A DNA stretch of 64,000 nt from Leptonemataceae bacterium (GCA_965227295.1 OZ245742.1:4192001-4256000); one strand, 5' to 3'. Positions 18,822-28,017 are shown, numbered from the stretch's first letter. Made by a program: numbers and translations. The notes: a model not told the origin generated them from the letters alone.

Positions 18822-19665
18822 CAGAGAGCAAATCTTTGATGGCCTCTATGGCATGGCGCGACAGTTGAAAGGTTTCGCTGAATTTTTCGCGCTGGCCGTC
18901 GTATTCGACTCCCTCACCGGCGTTAACAATAATGGCTTTCCCGTTTCGGTTGGCCACGCGGACAGAACCTGAAACGACCTGGAGAAACTCCGAATTGTGA
19001 TAGACGCCTAATCTTAATTCGGTTCCAATTAGTGTATAATCGGCCCTGTCCGATGCGATTACGTAGTGTTTCGCCTCCCCGGCCAGGGGGCGCGAAAAAA
19101 CAGTGATATTGCCGTAAGAAACGTAGAGGCGAGCCGTGTTTTTTTTACAGTCCACTCCCGGGAAGCTCACCAGGGAAGGCGGCAAGAAAACCATTCTCGC
19201 GTTGCCACATTGTACGATTACCTGGCCGTGAAATTCATTCGGGAGGACCAGAATATCACCAGCCTTCAGATCACCCGGTGTCGCTCCCGGTATTCGAAGT
19301 TGCTCCTCGTTCCGCTTCAGATAAGCGCCGTTTTCAACTGAAGTTATCAATGCGGCACCGAACGAATTCGGCTGGACGAGTAATCCCCAAAACAATGCAA
19401 AGGCGCCAGCCACAAACAGAAGACTCGCTGCGACCTTCAAATAGAACGGCGTGAATGACTGTTGCACTCCTCCAATCTTGTTGAAGTCTTCGATGTCAGC
19501 GTCAAGACCGGGATACGTCGGAGCGTCGTCCGGTCGTTTCTTTCTTTCTTCAATCTTTTGTAAGATTCGGTCCAGTCGTTCTTTAGAAACGGGTGTATCG
19601 TTGCGTAAGGACTCGAATGTCTTGCGCCATTCTCTGGGGATTCTATCATCATCGTATGAACTCAT
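18607..19665 (-). CDS. FecR-domain transmembrane anti-sigma protein
   Basis: Single TM helix, then LKAGDIL, LYVSYG, IGTE, QVVSGSVRV, VNAGEG; ATGA overlap with the ECF sigma gene. Confidence 0.75.
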   Translation of the reverse strand: MSSYDDDRIPREWRKTFESLRNDTPVSKERLDRILQKIEERKKRPDDAPTYPGLDADIEDFNKIGGVQQSFTPFYLKVAASLLFVAGAFALFWGLLVQPNSFGAALITSVENGAYLKRNEEQLRIPGATPGDLKAGDILVLPNEFHGQVIVQCGNARMVFLPPSLVSFPGVDCKKNTARLYVSYGNITVFSRPLAGEAKHYVIASDRADYTLIGTELRLGVYHNSEFLQVVSGSVRVANRNGKAIIVNAGEGVEYDGQREKFSETFQLSRHAIEAIKDLLSDAPKKFEAFGAEWTEEQIKDEYGRIGTFYFIGEEDSPMRGVVFTRAGKEYVHLVGAGIVPINGRPYHIDFD

Positions 19666-20201
19666 AATGGCTTGATCCCCCTTTTTTTGAATTCCGCTAT
19701 AAGGCTTCTGTTTGCACGCCTCAAAAGTCTACTGGCCCAGCTTTCATGAACGCCCATAACCTGCGCGATCTCAGAGAGGTTAAGGTCACATTCATGACGA
19801 AGCCTCGCGCATTGCGCTTGTTCTGGCGGTAGACGTAAGAGTACGTCCTGATAAATACTTTTGATCGGCGAAGTACTGCTTTCGCGCAATCGCGAAAGGT
19901 GCTCGTTTACTGTACGCTTGACACGGTCGGCTTCTAACTCAAATTCTTTCTCCCGACCGGAGCCCTGCCGCTTCGCATGGTCTTTGCGCAAACCCTCCGC
20001 CACACGATAAAGCAAGGCTCGTCGGATGTACGCGAGCTTGCCCGCCTGGATTTTTCGCCACAGCAATATGAAGGTATCCTGCGCCAGGTCATCACTTAAC
20101 TCAGGATGGCCGGTTTTTTGATCGAGGTACCGGACAAGCTTCTCTTGCTCCCTTTTGTAAATCCGGGTGAGTTCCCGTTCCAATTCCTCGTATTCGCTCA
20201 T
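19662..20201 (-). CDS. ECF-type RNA polymerase sigma factor
   Basis: DDLAQDTFILLW, LYRVA, LLRLPPEQ...LNLSEIAQVMGV. Confidence 0.85.
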   Translation of the reverse strand: MSEYEELERELTRIYKREQEKLVRYLDQKTGHPELSDDLAQDTFILLWRKIQAGKLAYIRRALLYRVAEGLRKDHAKRQGSGREKEFELEADRVKRTVNEHLSRLRESSTSPIKSIYQDVLLRLPPEQAQCARLRHECDLNLSEIAQVMGVHESWASRLLRRANRSLIAEFKKRGIKPL

Positions 20202-20280
20202 TTGAACCGGCAGCAGCTATTAGCCGCTTACTCTGAACCGATCGAGAGACGCGGAAACTTTCCTGGTATCGCAAAAAATT

Positions 20281-20790
20281 TCAATCGGCCGGAAAAAAAT
20301 ACTCTATACGTTGAATTGAATCCCACGCGTACGAGGTTGAACCATTTTGGCCGATCGGAAGGACGGACACCCCCTGCGCATCGTGCCGTGTCAAATGTCC
20401 GATAATCTCTTGATTCTTCCCGGTGATTAAGCGAACCCTGACATCAGTTAAAAGCGCTGTTCGTATACGGCGTACTCTTGCAAGCGGATAGCGGCCCCCG
20501 CCGAGGGAGCTTTCTAAAAGGATGTATGCGTTTTGGCCTGTGGTCTGCCGGTAGATCGTCCCCACGATGACGGTTTCAGGATTAAGGAATTCTATACGCG
20601 CCAATTGCCCCGCTGATTCCCTGGGTGATTCCTCGCCAAAAAGCGTACAGGAGGCGAAAAAAAGCACTGAGCATACCAAAAAAAAACGCCGCAAAGGAAA
20701 GTTTCGGGTGCTCCCGATCGGTTTACATGCGTGGGCGACGAGCACACACAGGGGGCGTTTAGTTATGCGAGTCATAGAAATTTTCACCAT
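20281..20790 (-). CDS. Hypothetical lipoprotein with two small beta domains (start uncertain)
   Basis: Lipobox LFFASC; internal duplication (VIVGTIYRQ / EIIGHLTRH); co-oriented with the sigma operon. Confidence 0.5.
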   Translation of the reverse strand: MVKISMTRITKRPLCVLVAHACKPIGSTRNFPLRRFFLVCSVLFFASCTLFGEESPRESAGQLARIEFLNPETVIVGTIYRQTTGQNAYILLESSLGGGRYPLARVRRIRTALLTDVRVRLITGKNQEIIGHLTRHDAQGVSVLPIGQNGSTSYAWDSIQRIEYFFPAD

Positions 20791-21697
20791 GTTAGTGGTT
20801 CTTATCTCTTCTTTCTTTGCATTGAATTACTGCACAACCATTTTCGGCCAAGCGGGTCAGGATGTAGCAGATTCAGGGCCGCTTTTACTACTCGCGGCCG
20901 GGCTCGGGAACATCGGAACGCCCCTGGATTTGGACGGGGACGGCACCACGGACGGCACCGCCTACGATACGAACGGCGACGGCGTCCTTGATGCCATCGC
21001 CTGGACGCTAACGCCGGGAACGGTTTCAGCTCTACTTGATACGAACAACGATGGGATTTTCGATGCCATCGACACGAACGGCGACGGAACGGCGGAGGCT
21101 CACACCTGTAGTAATACGGGGGGCCTGACTACCGGCGAGAACTGTACCGGCAGTGCCGTTAACATCGTCGCCGGTGGCCTCGACACAGACGGCGACGGGG
21201 CGGCAGACATTAGTTTTCAGACCGACACAAGTGATAGCGGTTCCTCAGGATCGGGTAGCGGAGGGGGGGCTACTCCGGCGACACCAAAATTTATCTTTGT
21301 CACTGCCGCCACATTTGGCGGAATCCTGGGGGGCTTTACCGGAGCGGACGCGCTTTGCAATGCCGACGCAAACAAGCCGAATTCAAGCACATATAAAGCC
21401 GGGCTCGCCGGTAATTCTGCTTTTGCTGCTAACCAGGAGTATACGCGGCCCGACTCAACGACCATTGGAACAACGGACGGCACGGGAAGTCTGACGACTC
21501 CCTTAACAAGTTCAATCGCCGCATCTTCGCCTGTCGAAATTTGGACCGGTGGCGATGGTACGAACTGTAGTAGCTGGACCGCGAATTCTACTTGCGGAAT
21601 TGGACTGGCCACAAGTACAACCGTGACTTTCTGGAACAACGGCAACGAGTTTGCGCCAATCTCGACGAACAACGCTCTATATTGTGTTGAGCAATAA
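20765..21697 (+). CDS. Lipoprotein with DxNGDG repeats and C-terminal DUF1554 (Len/endostatin-like) domain
   Basis: DLDGDG, DTNGDG, DTNNDG, DTNGDG, DTDGDG; KFIFVT...GILGGFTGADALC.ADANKP..YKA...IWTG...LYCVEQ. Confidence 0.8.
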   Translation: MRVIEIFTMLVVLISSFFALNYCTTIFGQAGQDVADSGPLLLLAAGLGNIGTPLDLDGDGTTDGTAYDTNGDGVLDAIAWTLTPGTVSALLDTNNDGIFDAIDTNGDGTAEAHTCSNTGGLTTGENCTGSAVNIVAGGLDTDGDGAADISFQTDTSDSGSSGSGSGGGATPATPKFIFVTAATFGGILGGFTGADALCNADANKPNSSTYKAGLAGNSAFAANQEYTRPDSTTIGTTDGTGSLTTPLTSSIAASSPVEIWTGGDGTNCSSWTANSTCGIGLATSTTVTFWNNGNEFAPISTNNALYCVEQ

Positions 21698-21711
21698 ACT
21701 ACAAGAGGAAA

Positions 21712-22182
21712 ATGTATTGCATCAGGGGCGCACGGCGTTTTTATACCGTCGTGCGTCTTGCATTTATCCTTTTTGTTTCTTTGGCTTTGTCGGCCTCTTG
21801 TCGCAAGCCAGAGTATTCGCAGCTCAGCTCACCCTCAAGAGTTAAGAGCTACCTTGCCGGTACTGCCTGGAAATGCGAGACTAGAGAGCTTACGTCTTTT
21901 CTAAGATTTTGGTCTTCGCCCCGGGGTGACAAACTCTTGTTCTCGCTCCTCCAATCGGAGCGAAACAAGCCAGGCGGAGGGCTTGTCTTAAGGGTTGAGG
22001 GGGGAACGCTAAGGCTGTACGATGACGGCTTAGTCGGCTTTTCTTATCCAGGGCGGACAGGAGAATTCACCCAACAGCGGTTCTTTGTTCATGCTTCGGA
22101 CAATAAAAAGCTTCGCATGATAAATACAAGCGTCGTGGATTGCATTCGCCAAATGACAAAGACGCCCGGTACAGTTCTCTAA
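21712..22182 (+). CDS. Hypothetical lipoprotein
   Basis: Hydrophobic segment + LSASC lipobox; W-x-C motif shared with 22188-22619. Confidence 0.55.
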   Translation: MYCIRGARRFYTVVRLAFILFVSLALSASCRKPEYSQLSSPSRVKSYLAGTAWKCETRELTSFLRFWSSPRGDKLLFSLLQSERNKPGGGLVLRVEGGTLRLYDDGLVGFSYPGRTGEFTQQRFFVHASDNKKLRMINTSVVDCIRQMTKTPGTVL

Positions 22183-22187
22183 ATGCT

Positions 22188-22619
22188 CTATCGCGTTTCG
22201 CTAAGTAGCTCCGTATTCCGAAAGCAAACCCTCTGCAATTGACCATCCGCAAACAACGTCATCTTTTCCGGCGGTCGTCCAACCAGCACGACGTCGAAGG
22301 CGCTTCCCACCGTCCCTTGATGTGCTAGCTGAAATCGGAATCCGCCGTCATGGAGCAGGACGAGAGCCTGTACGGGATTCTCCCCGCGCATTTGATCAAA
22401 AGCACGCGGCCCCCCTCCCATATCCACCGTAAGGCGGTCAGGCGGAATGTCATCCGGTGCCGAATACATCTCGAAGACCTGTCCATATTCTTCGGGACAG
22501 GTCCAATACGAACCGACAATTTCGCGCAGTTCTGTTTTCGTAGGGCTATATTCGCCGGAGCAACCAGAACCGGCAACAGTCATGACAATTAGAAAAGAAA
22601 AAAGCCGGGCATTGTTCAT
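22188..22619 (-). CDS. Hypothetical lipoprotein
   Basis: MNNARLFSFLIVMTVAGSGC signal/lipobox; convergent with 21712-22182. Confidence 0.55.
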   Translation of the reverse strand: MNNARLFSFLIVMTVAGSGCSGEYSPTKTELREIVGSYWTCPEEYGQVFEMYSAPDDIPPDRLTVDMGGGPRAFDQMRGENPVQALVLLHDGGFRFQLAHQGTVGSAFDVVLVGRPPEKMTLFADGQLQRVCFRNTELLSETR

Positions 22620-22662
22620 GATGGTAGACGCTCCGTCGCTTCTAACGTTCTGACAAGCAAAT

Positions 22663-22932
22663 TTAGCTTGAGGCTCGACACCGAACGCCCCGCCAGGCCA
22701 ACCATACCAGCAGGCCGCCGCCGAGGACGAGAAAGGGGCCATATTGATTCCAGACGTATTCCCCGGCCTTTTCCGCGCACCACTGTTTCACGGCGTCCGG
22801 CACAAGATCCAGACCGACGGTCTCGCCCGCGCCGTGAAGCCCACCGCAACCGCACGGCCGCGCCCCGGCCAGCCCGTTACGAATCCGCTGGAGCTTCTGC
22901 GCGACCTCTTCTAATTCGTTTCGCGTCTTCAT
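22663..22932 (-). CDS. Small C-terminally anchored membrane protein
   Basis: ATG 22932 with upstream AGGAG; C-terminal FLVLGGGLLVWLAWR. Confidence 0.6.
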   Translation of the reverse strand: MKTRNELEEVAQKLQRIRNGLAGARPCGCGGLHGAGETVGLDLVPDAVKQWCAEKAGEYVWNQYGPFLVLGGGLLVWLAWRGVRCRASS

Positions 22933-23506
22933 AGCGCTTGCTCCTGTGCTTAACTTTCGGCCCGGGAGTCTTGCCGGTACTCTTCGGAATCCTGGCCAGC
23001 ACCCGCCAGCCGAGAACGCCAACCACAATTACGGCCGCGATAATTCCTAGACGTTCTATCCGATCCAGGCCCCCGGTTACGTCGTCCACCGTGATGATAG
23101 GCTTTTCCGGGTCCTGGGCCTGCTCACTCAAGTACTCCGCCTTTGCCCGCTGATAATACGTCGCGAATTCGGGCGATGACTGGTAAATGATTTTGGTCGG
23201 ATTCTTTCCGTCATCATGGATGATGTACACCGTCTTTCGCATCCGCAATCGGGTTTCGTGTCGGCCGTCTACCCGTAAGACGTGCGTTCGGCCGGGACCG
23301 AAAATCAATCCCAGGCCGCCGCCCCAGTGTATCCGGGCATAATTGAAAACGCGCCAGAGATCCTTAGAATCGCCGCCGGTTATGTCCAGAAAATCAATCC
23401 CATGATCGAACGTTCCATAGTTCTTGACCGTGAAATCGGCTCCCCCGTGATCATTAAAGAATTTCGCGGCTGCGAGGGCATCGCTCGTAATTGGGCAAGA
23501 GGGCAT
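22877..23506 (-). CDS. Tail-anchored protein, possible degenerate peptidase M15-like fold
   Basis: HGIDF...WGGGLGL...HVLRVDGR parallels the neighbouring M15-like gene; C-terminal TM + basic tail. Confidence 0.55.
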   Translation of the reverse strand: MPSCPITSDALAAAKFFNDHGGADFTVKNYGTFDHGIDFLDITGGDSKDLWRVFNYARIHWGGGLGLIFGPGRTHVLRVDGRHETRLRMRKTVYIIHDDGKNPTKIIYQSSPEFATYYQRAKAEYLSEQAQDPEKPIITVDDVTGGLDRIERLGIIAAVIVVGVLGWRVLARIPKSTGKTPGPKVKHRSKRYEDAKRIRRGRAEAPADS

Positions 23507-23565
23507 TTTTAGCCTTTTCTCCCAGACGATCGCCCACAGTTTCCAGCCGACACAAGACACCCGAA

Positions 23566-24087
23566 TCACTCCACACCATACGATTCCGCCGAACGCGACG
23601 ACGCCAGCAACGCAAACACCAAAACACCCACGGCAAACACCAGCCCCCCGACCAACCACGAATCGAGCGGCGTACCTGCAGGTACTCCGTAAACCGGCCG
23701 CAACCGATCGAACCAGGCCCCGGTCAGCTTCGTAACTTTCACCGGCCGGGATTTAGAGAGTTCCACAAAATAAAACGGCGACGGCCGCGCGTCTACGTGT
23801 AAGTGACGGTCGGCCGGGGGATAGCCGAGGGCGACACCACCGGGCCAGCTCGTAGCCGTGAGCCGTCGCGCGACGTGCCACAACGTTGCCCGGCAGCGAT
23901 CGTCCGCGGCCGGGCACCCGAAATCCACCGCGGCGCGTCGACCATGAAAACCGCTATCCCCGCGGTCGGTCGACGTCACCGGGAGATCTCCGCCGCCGGC
24001 GCGCGTTACCGCCCGGATGATTTGACGCTGCGCCGGTGACAGTGCGGCGAAGCGGGCGCGGTCCTCGAGTACGTCGCGAGCCTTCAT
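23566..24087 (-). CDS. Peptidase M15-like (LAS) metallopeptidase with C-terminal TM anchor
   Basis: VTSTDR, SGFHGRRAAVDF (H-x6-D), GGVALG, HLHVDAR (HxH). Confidence 0.75.
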   Translation of the reverse strand: MKARDVLEDRARFAALSPAQRQIIRAVTRAGGGDLPVTSTDRGDSGFHGRRAAVDFGCPAADDRCRATLWHVARRLTATSWPGGVALGYPPADRHLHVDARPSPFYFVELSKSRPVKVTKLTGAWFDRLRPVYGVPAGTPLDSWLVGGLVFAVGVLVFALLASSRSAESYGVE

Positions 24088-24088
24088 A

Positions 24089-24430
24089 TCATTTCCCGCG
24101 CATGATCGAAATTAATAACGCCGCCGCCAGGCCCACGGTGACGATCGCCAGAGCGTTCCGGTGGGGCTGGTAGATCGTGCGGTCCGGATTGAACCGGAGG
24201 CCGTCCACGGGCGCACGCACGGAAACGAACCCGGCCGCGCGGGCAACGTCGCGGGCTTCCTCCACGCGGTCCGCGTCTACGAAGACGTACGAAGGATCAA
24301 ACGAAAAGAAGTCTATGCCGCGTGTTTGTAATTCTTCCCGTACGCCTAACATCTTCGCCTGTGTCGCCGCGTCGCGCTGCGATGGGTAGAGATCCAGGAA
24401 AACATACTGCGGGCTTTGAATGATTGGCAT
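24089..24430 (-). CDS. Small C-terminally anchored membrane protein
   Basis: MPIIQ start with AAAGG RBS; C-terminal ALAIVTVGLAAALLISIMRGK. Confidence 0.65.
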   Translation of the reverse strand: MPIIQSPQYVFLDLYPSQRDAATQAKMLGVREELQTRGIDFFSFDPSYVFVDADRVEEARDVARAAGFVSVRAPVDGLRFNPDRTIYQPHRNALAIVTVGLAAALLISIMRGK

Positions 24431-24434
24431 GATG

Positions 24435-24896
24435 TTACCTTTTCTTTCTTTTGCCCGACCGCGAAGTCTGACCGCCGAAGGCCCCGGACGCCCACAGCAC
24501 AAAACCACCGACCGCCAGACCGCCCAGAATCAAAGCGACCGGCGGGCCGTCGTCCGGTCGCTCCGGCGGTTTGACGGGGTTTACAAAGATTTCCGGGGGC
24601 GGTCGCCAGTCCGGATCGATCGCCCCGGGCTGCGGTTTCGGGACGGGATCAGACGCGACCACCACCGGGGACGGCGCGGGCGGCCGCACGGGTACAGGGG
24701 CCGGAGCCGTGCCGGGGATCGCCAGCACCAGGCCCGGCCAGATCGTATACGGCGACCGGTTCTGAAATGTATACACCCGCGAGCCGATGCGCACCGTACG
24801 CCCGTGGTTCGCGCGGGCGATTTCCGGCCAGCGCACTCCGTAGCGTGCGCCGATCCGTGAAAGTGTATCCCCTGATCTAACTGTATATTGAATCAT
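24435..24896 (-). CDS. LysM-domain protein with Pro-rich linker and C-terminal TM anchor
   Basis: YTVRSGDTLSRIGARYGVRWPEIARAN...TIWPGLVLAIP. Confidence 0.9.
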   Translation of the reverse strand: MIQYTVRSGDTLSRIGARYGVRWPEIARANHGRTVRIGSRVYTFQNRSPYTIWPGLVLAIPGTAPAPVPVRPPAPSPVVVASDPVPKPQPGAIDPDWRPPPEIFVNPVKPPERPDDGPPVALILGGLAVGGFVLWASGAFGGQTSRSGKRKKR

Positions 24897-24897
24897 A

Positions 24898-25290
24898 TTA
24901 GTACCATGCCCCCGCCGGAAACGCCTGGACGCGCTGCCCGAAGGCGGCGACCTGGAGCTTTAAGCGTTTGATTTCATCGTCTTTCGTCTGCGCCCGCTGC
25001 TTGCACTTTTGCAGCTCCTCCCAAATGTTTCGCATTCCCCGTTCGGTCTGAATCGTCGTGGATGCTACCTGTTGCCGGGCCTGTTCCTGGGCTTCGGCCA
25101 CCTGTTGTTTGGCCTGCTCTTTAAGTTGTTCCCGAAGCTGTTTCGCTTTCCGGATTTCTACCTGTAGCTCCTGGCCCTGAGCGTTAACGTCGCTCATGGC
25201 CTGATTGAATTCCGTTTGCTGACGGTGCGACTCCGCCATGCCCTGAGCCGCGCTTACCAGATCAAGAATCAGTCCGATGGGAAAAGACAT
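24898..25290 (-). CDS. Coiled-coil hypothetical protein
   Basis: Q/E/K-rich heptads; tight coupling to neighbours. Confidence 0.65.
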   Translation of the reverse strand: MSFPIGLILDLVSAAQGMAESHRQQTEFNQAMSDVNAQGQELQVEIRKAKQLREQLKEQAKQQVAEAQEQARQQVASTTIQTERGMRNIWEELQKCKQRAQTKDDEIKRLKLQVAAFGQRVQAFPAGAWY

Positions 25291-25309
25291 AACTTTACAT
25301 CACACTGAC

Positions 25310-26257
25310 TTAGTACGAATAATCCCATTCGAGCATAACCAGGCCCGACGCCGCACTGACGCTGGACGTGCCCGGTACGTATTCATCGCCCCCGTTCCCG
25401 CCCTTGCTCCCGGCACCGAACGTCTGATACGGCGCGGCCCCACCGTTCGAGCCCTCGCCGCCGGATGGGCCGACCGGAGGCTGCCCGCCGAACCGCGCAC
25501 CCCCGCTACCGCCCGGGGCGGTAGCCAGCGCCCCGAAGGACGACGCGCCGCCGGGGTAGCCCGTCGTTTGATTGGCAACACCCGGCCCGCCCGCGCCGAC
25601 CGTTACCAGGTAGGTGGCCCCGGGAACCAGTGAGACCGGGATTTCAACCAGTCCTCCGGCTGCGCCTCCGCCGCCACCGGCACCGCCGCCGCCGTCATCG
25701 CCGTTCTCACCACCGGCGCCGCTCCCGCCGCCACCCACACAGCGCAACGTAATTTCAAAATCAAGGCTCGCCGGACAGAGGAAAGAATGTGTCCCCGGCG
25801 TGGTCCACAGCACGACGTCGTTAGGGTACAGGGAACGTAAGATTAACTTCTTAGTTTGCAGCTCCTGGCCTTCGCTTAACGACGAAGCTTCACCGCCGGT
25901 CGCCGTGACGATCGAACCGTCAAGACCGACGGCGAGAAATTCGCCGATATGCAACAGCGGCGCGGCGATGGAAACATCATCCAGGTCATAAAAACCATCG
26001 GGTTTCGCTAGTAACGCGGCCAGGTCGGCCTTTAGATCCAGTTCAAGTTGTAAGTCGTGAATGTCGGCTATATCATGTAAGTGAATCGCATCCGCTTTCG
26101 CGGCCAGCTCCGTTTCTAACGAAACGATGTCCGGGATACTGTGCGCATGGCCCAGGGCGGCCTTGTTCTGTAGCTCCGACTCCAGCCCCTCGATGTCCTG
26201 GACCTGGAACAGATCCGCGAAGTCCCGCGCTTCGATGCGTTCACCGTTCGCGGGCAT
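25310..26257 (-). CDS. Fibre/spike-like protein: phage-tail H-x-H repeats + glycine-rich C-terminal domain
   Basis: DIEGLESELQNKA / HAHSIPDIVSLETELAAKA / HLHDIADIHDLQLELDLKA; then TPGTHSF...VGGGGSG...GGGGGAAGG...PGATYLVTVGAGG; TGATG coupling at 26257. Confidence 0.75.
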   Translation of the reverse strand: MPANGERIEARDFADLFQVQDIEGLESELQNKAALGHAHSIPDIVSLETELAAKADAIHLHDIADIHDLQLELDLKADLAALLAKPDGFYDLDDVSIAAPLLHIGEFLAVGLDGSIVTATGGEASSLSEGQELQTKKLILRSLYPNDVVLWTTPGTHSFLCPASLDFEITLRCVGGGGSGAGGENGDDGGGGAGGGGGAAGGLVEIPVSLVPGATYLVTVGAGGPGVANQTTGYPGGASSFGALATAPGGSGGARFGGQPPVGPSGGEGSNGGAAPYQTFGAGSKGGNGGDEYVPGTSSVSAASGLVMLEWDYSY

Positions 26258-26913
26258 CAGTACGCCCCCGCGTTCAAGAAATCCGGTAATTGATGGTTGT
26301 ACGCCTCGACGTCTACCTCTATGACGAACCGGACCCGGGTTGATGCGTAAACTTCCGTTTGCTTCAGGCTTGCCAGATACGGTATGAGTGCCAGATAGCC
26401 GCCGCGCGAATAAAACGGCAAATCCAGGCTTGCGGCGTATGTCGTCCCCTGGATCATTAACCCTTCGTGAAATTCTTCTAAATTGTTTATGAAACCGTAC
26501 GCGCTCCACTCCGGATAATACGCCGCGTCCGCCAGACGATAGCCGATCCGAAACGGGAAACCCCGGTTTCGCGCGTGGGGAGAGACGAGCAGTGTTTCCG
26601 GAAATCCCGTGTAGCTGGAAAGGAGCGGCGTCTCCGGCGCGTACAGGATTTCGGCCCCCTGGTCGAAATGCGCGGCGAATCGCTGGTACGGCTGGCCGGG
26701 GAGACTGACCAGGGCCAGCGTTACCGGCGTGTCCAGCGCCGTCTGTGAGCGGAAGTAATGGGCCTGGTTTAGAAACGACCGGATACGTAGGTACACGTTC
26801 TGCGGCACTTCCGCCAGGCCGATGGAAAACGTTTCACTGTACAGATCGTTCGCCGCATCGTACGATTGCGAAAACACCACCTGTTGACTGACTGTTTCGA
26901 CGACCAGGCCCAC
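26257..26913 (-). CDS. Hypothetical beta-rich structural protein (vertex/penton candidate)
   Basis: Lies between the capsid candidates and the fibre; alternating hydrophobic strands. Confidence 0.5.
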   Translation of the reverse strand: MGLVVETVSQQVVFSQSYDAANDLYSETFSIGLAEVPQNVYLRIRSFLNQAHYFRSQTALDTPVTLALVSLPGQPYQRFAAHFDQGAEILYAPETPLLSSYTGFPETLLVSPHARNRGFPFRIGYRLADAAYYPEWSAYGFINNLEEFHEGLMIQGTTYAASLDLPFYSRGGYLALIPYLASLKQTEVYASTRVRFVIEVDVEAYNHQLPDFLNAGAY

Positions 26914-26916
26914 AAC

Positions 26917-27315
26917 TTACCCCGTGGTTTCGCAGATCAGCAACACCGATACGCCCCGGGCCGGGACGGCATATGCAAAGGTTTGCAGGTGCATTTCCAT
27001 TTCGCGCCCGTTCGGCCAGGTGAGCGGACGGATCTTTTGAAAGACCCGCTCCATATCGCGCGGCGCTCCAATCTGACTTAACTCGACCGCGTCCTGAAAC
27101 GTAAGATTCGACGCGTTCGTACCCTGGGGTTTCAGGGCAAAGAGCACGTCGTCAAACACGGTGGGTGCGGCCGGTTCCGGATAACGCACGACCAGCCCGA
27201 TGATCTCCAGGGTGTGGCCGCTCTGGTTCGTGCGTGTGCCGACCTTGCCGAGTGTAGCCGACGCGCTGACCGGGTTATCGTTCACGATGCGATAGAGCAG
27301 AGTTTCGCGGGCCAT
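26917..27315 (-). CDS. Candidate small capsid protein (single jelly-roll-like size and pattern)
   Basis: 132 aa; strong GGAGG RBS; about eight short alternating beta strands; no TM. Confidence 0.45.
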   Translation of the reverse strand: MARETLLYRIVNDNPVSASATLGKVGTRTNQSGHTLEIIGLVVRYPEPAAPTVFDDVLFALKPQGTNASNLTFQDAVELSQIGAPRDMERVFQKIRPLTWPNGREMEMHLQTFAYAVPARGVSVLLICETTG

Positions 27316-27336
27316 GCCTTAACCTCCGGTCGTCGT

Positions 27337-28017
27337 TTATTTGCGGGCCGGTTGCGAAGCGTGGTCCATGCCGCGCAAACGTAACCGCACAAAGTGGTCA
27401 TTCAACGAAGCGGGAAAGTTAAAGCCCGCCGCCTCGAATACCAGCGACATTGATTGATCCGAGTTCCGCCAGTCCGGCGAGAACTTGAATTCGTACGGGT
27501 ACGCCACATTGGAACGCGGTCCCGCGAGCGCTGCCGAGGGCGTCGGCATGAGCACGGCCACTCCGGCCGCGACATCCAGAGCATTCCCCGGGTCTGTCTC
27601 AACCTGGTGAGGATAGAAGACCCAGGGCAAAGGCCCCGTGAGATCCACGGCCGACGACCAGTCGAGCAACTGTGACGTATCGCGGATTAACTTCACGTAC
27701 GCCCGGTTGACGACTTTCGCCCAGTCGTTGAACCGGTCCATGAAAGTGGCTCCGCCGGTCGGGATGAATGCGCCGCCGTCCTCGCCGATGATGTCCAGGA
27801 CCATTTGCACGGCGCCGCCGATGCCCGTTTGCCAGGCATTGTTCCCGTTGGTGCGGTAAGATGTATCCGCACCGAGTTGTTCGGCCTGGCCGTCAAAGAA
27901 GTTGATCTTTGCCGGTTGCCCGCCGGTGATTCGTTTGATACTGACCAGCGTGTGCGGATACGCGCCCACATCGTAGGGCGACCTCCGCCGGGGTCGATTC
28001 GGTCCGCTTCCGTCCAT
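27337..28017 (-). CDS. Candidate major capsid protein
   Basis: AGGAG RBS before MDGSG (alternative in-frame ATG at 28050); beta-strand pattern KINFFD, VQMVLDI, AYVKLIR, YEFKF, MSLVFE, FVRLRLRG; follows the basic and membrane protein genes. Confidence 0.45.
   Translation of the reverse strand: MDGSGPNRPRRRSPYDVGAYPHTLVSIKRITGGQPAKINFFDGQAEQLGADTSYRTNGNNAWQTGIGGAVQMVLDIIGEDGGAFIPTGGATFMDRFNDWAKVVNRAYVKLIRDTSQLLDWSSAVDLTGPLPWVFYPHQVETDPGNALDVAAGVAVLMPTPSAALAGPRSNVAYPYEFKFSPDWRNSDQSMSLVFEAAGFNFPASLNDHFVRLRLRGMDHASQPARK

Noticed and set aside
22960..22990. STGKT as a Walker A of a packaging ATPase
   Set aside because: Lies in a basic tail after a TM helix, lacks the G/A at position 1, and has no Walker B
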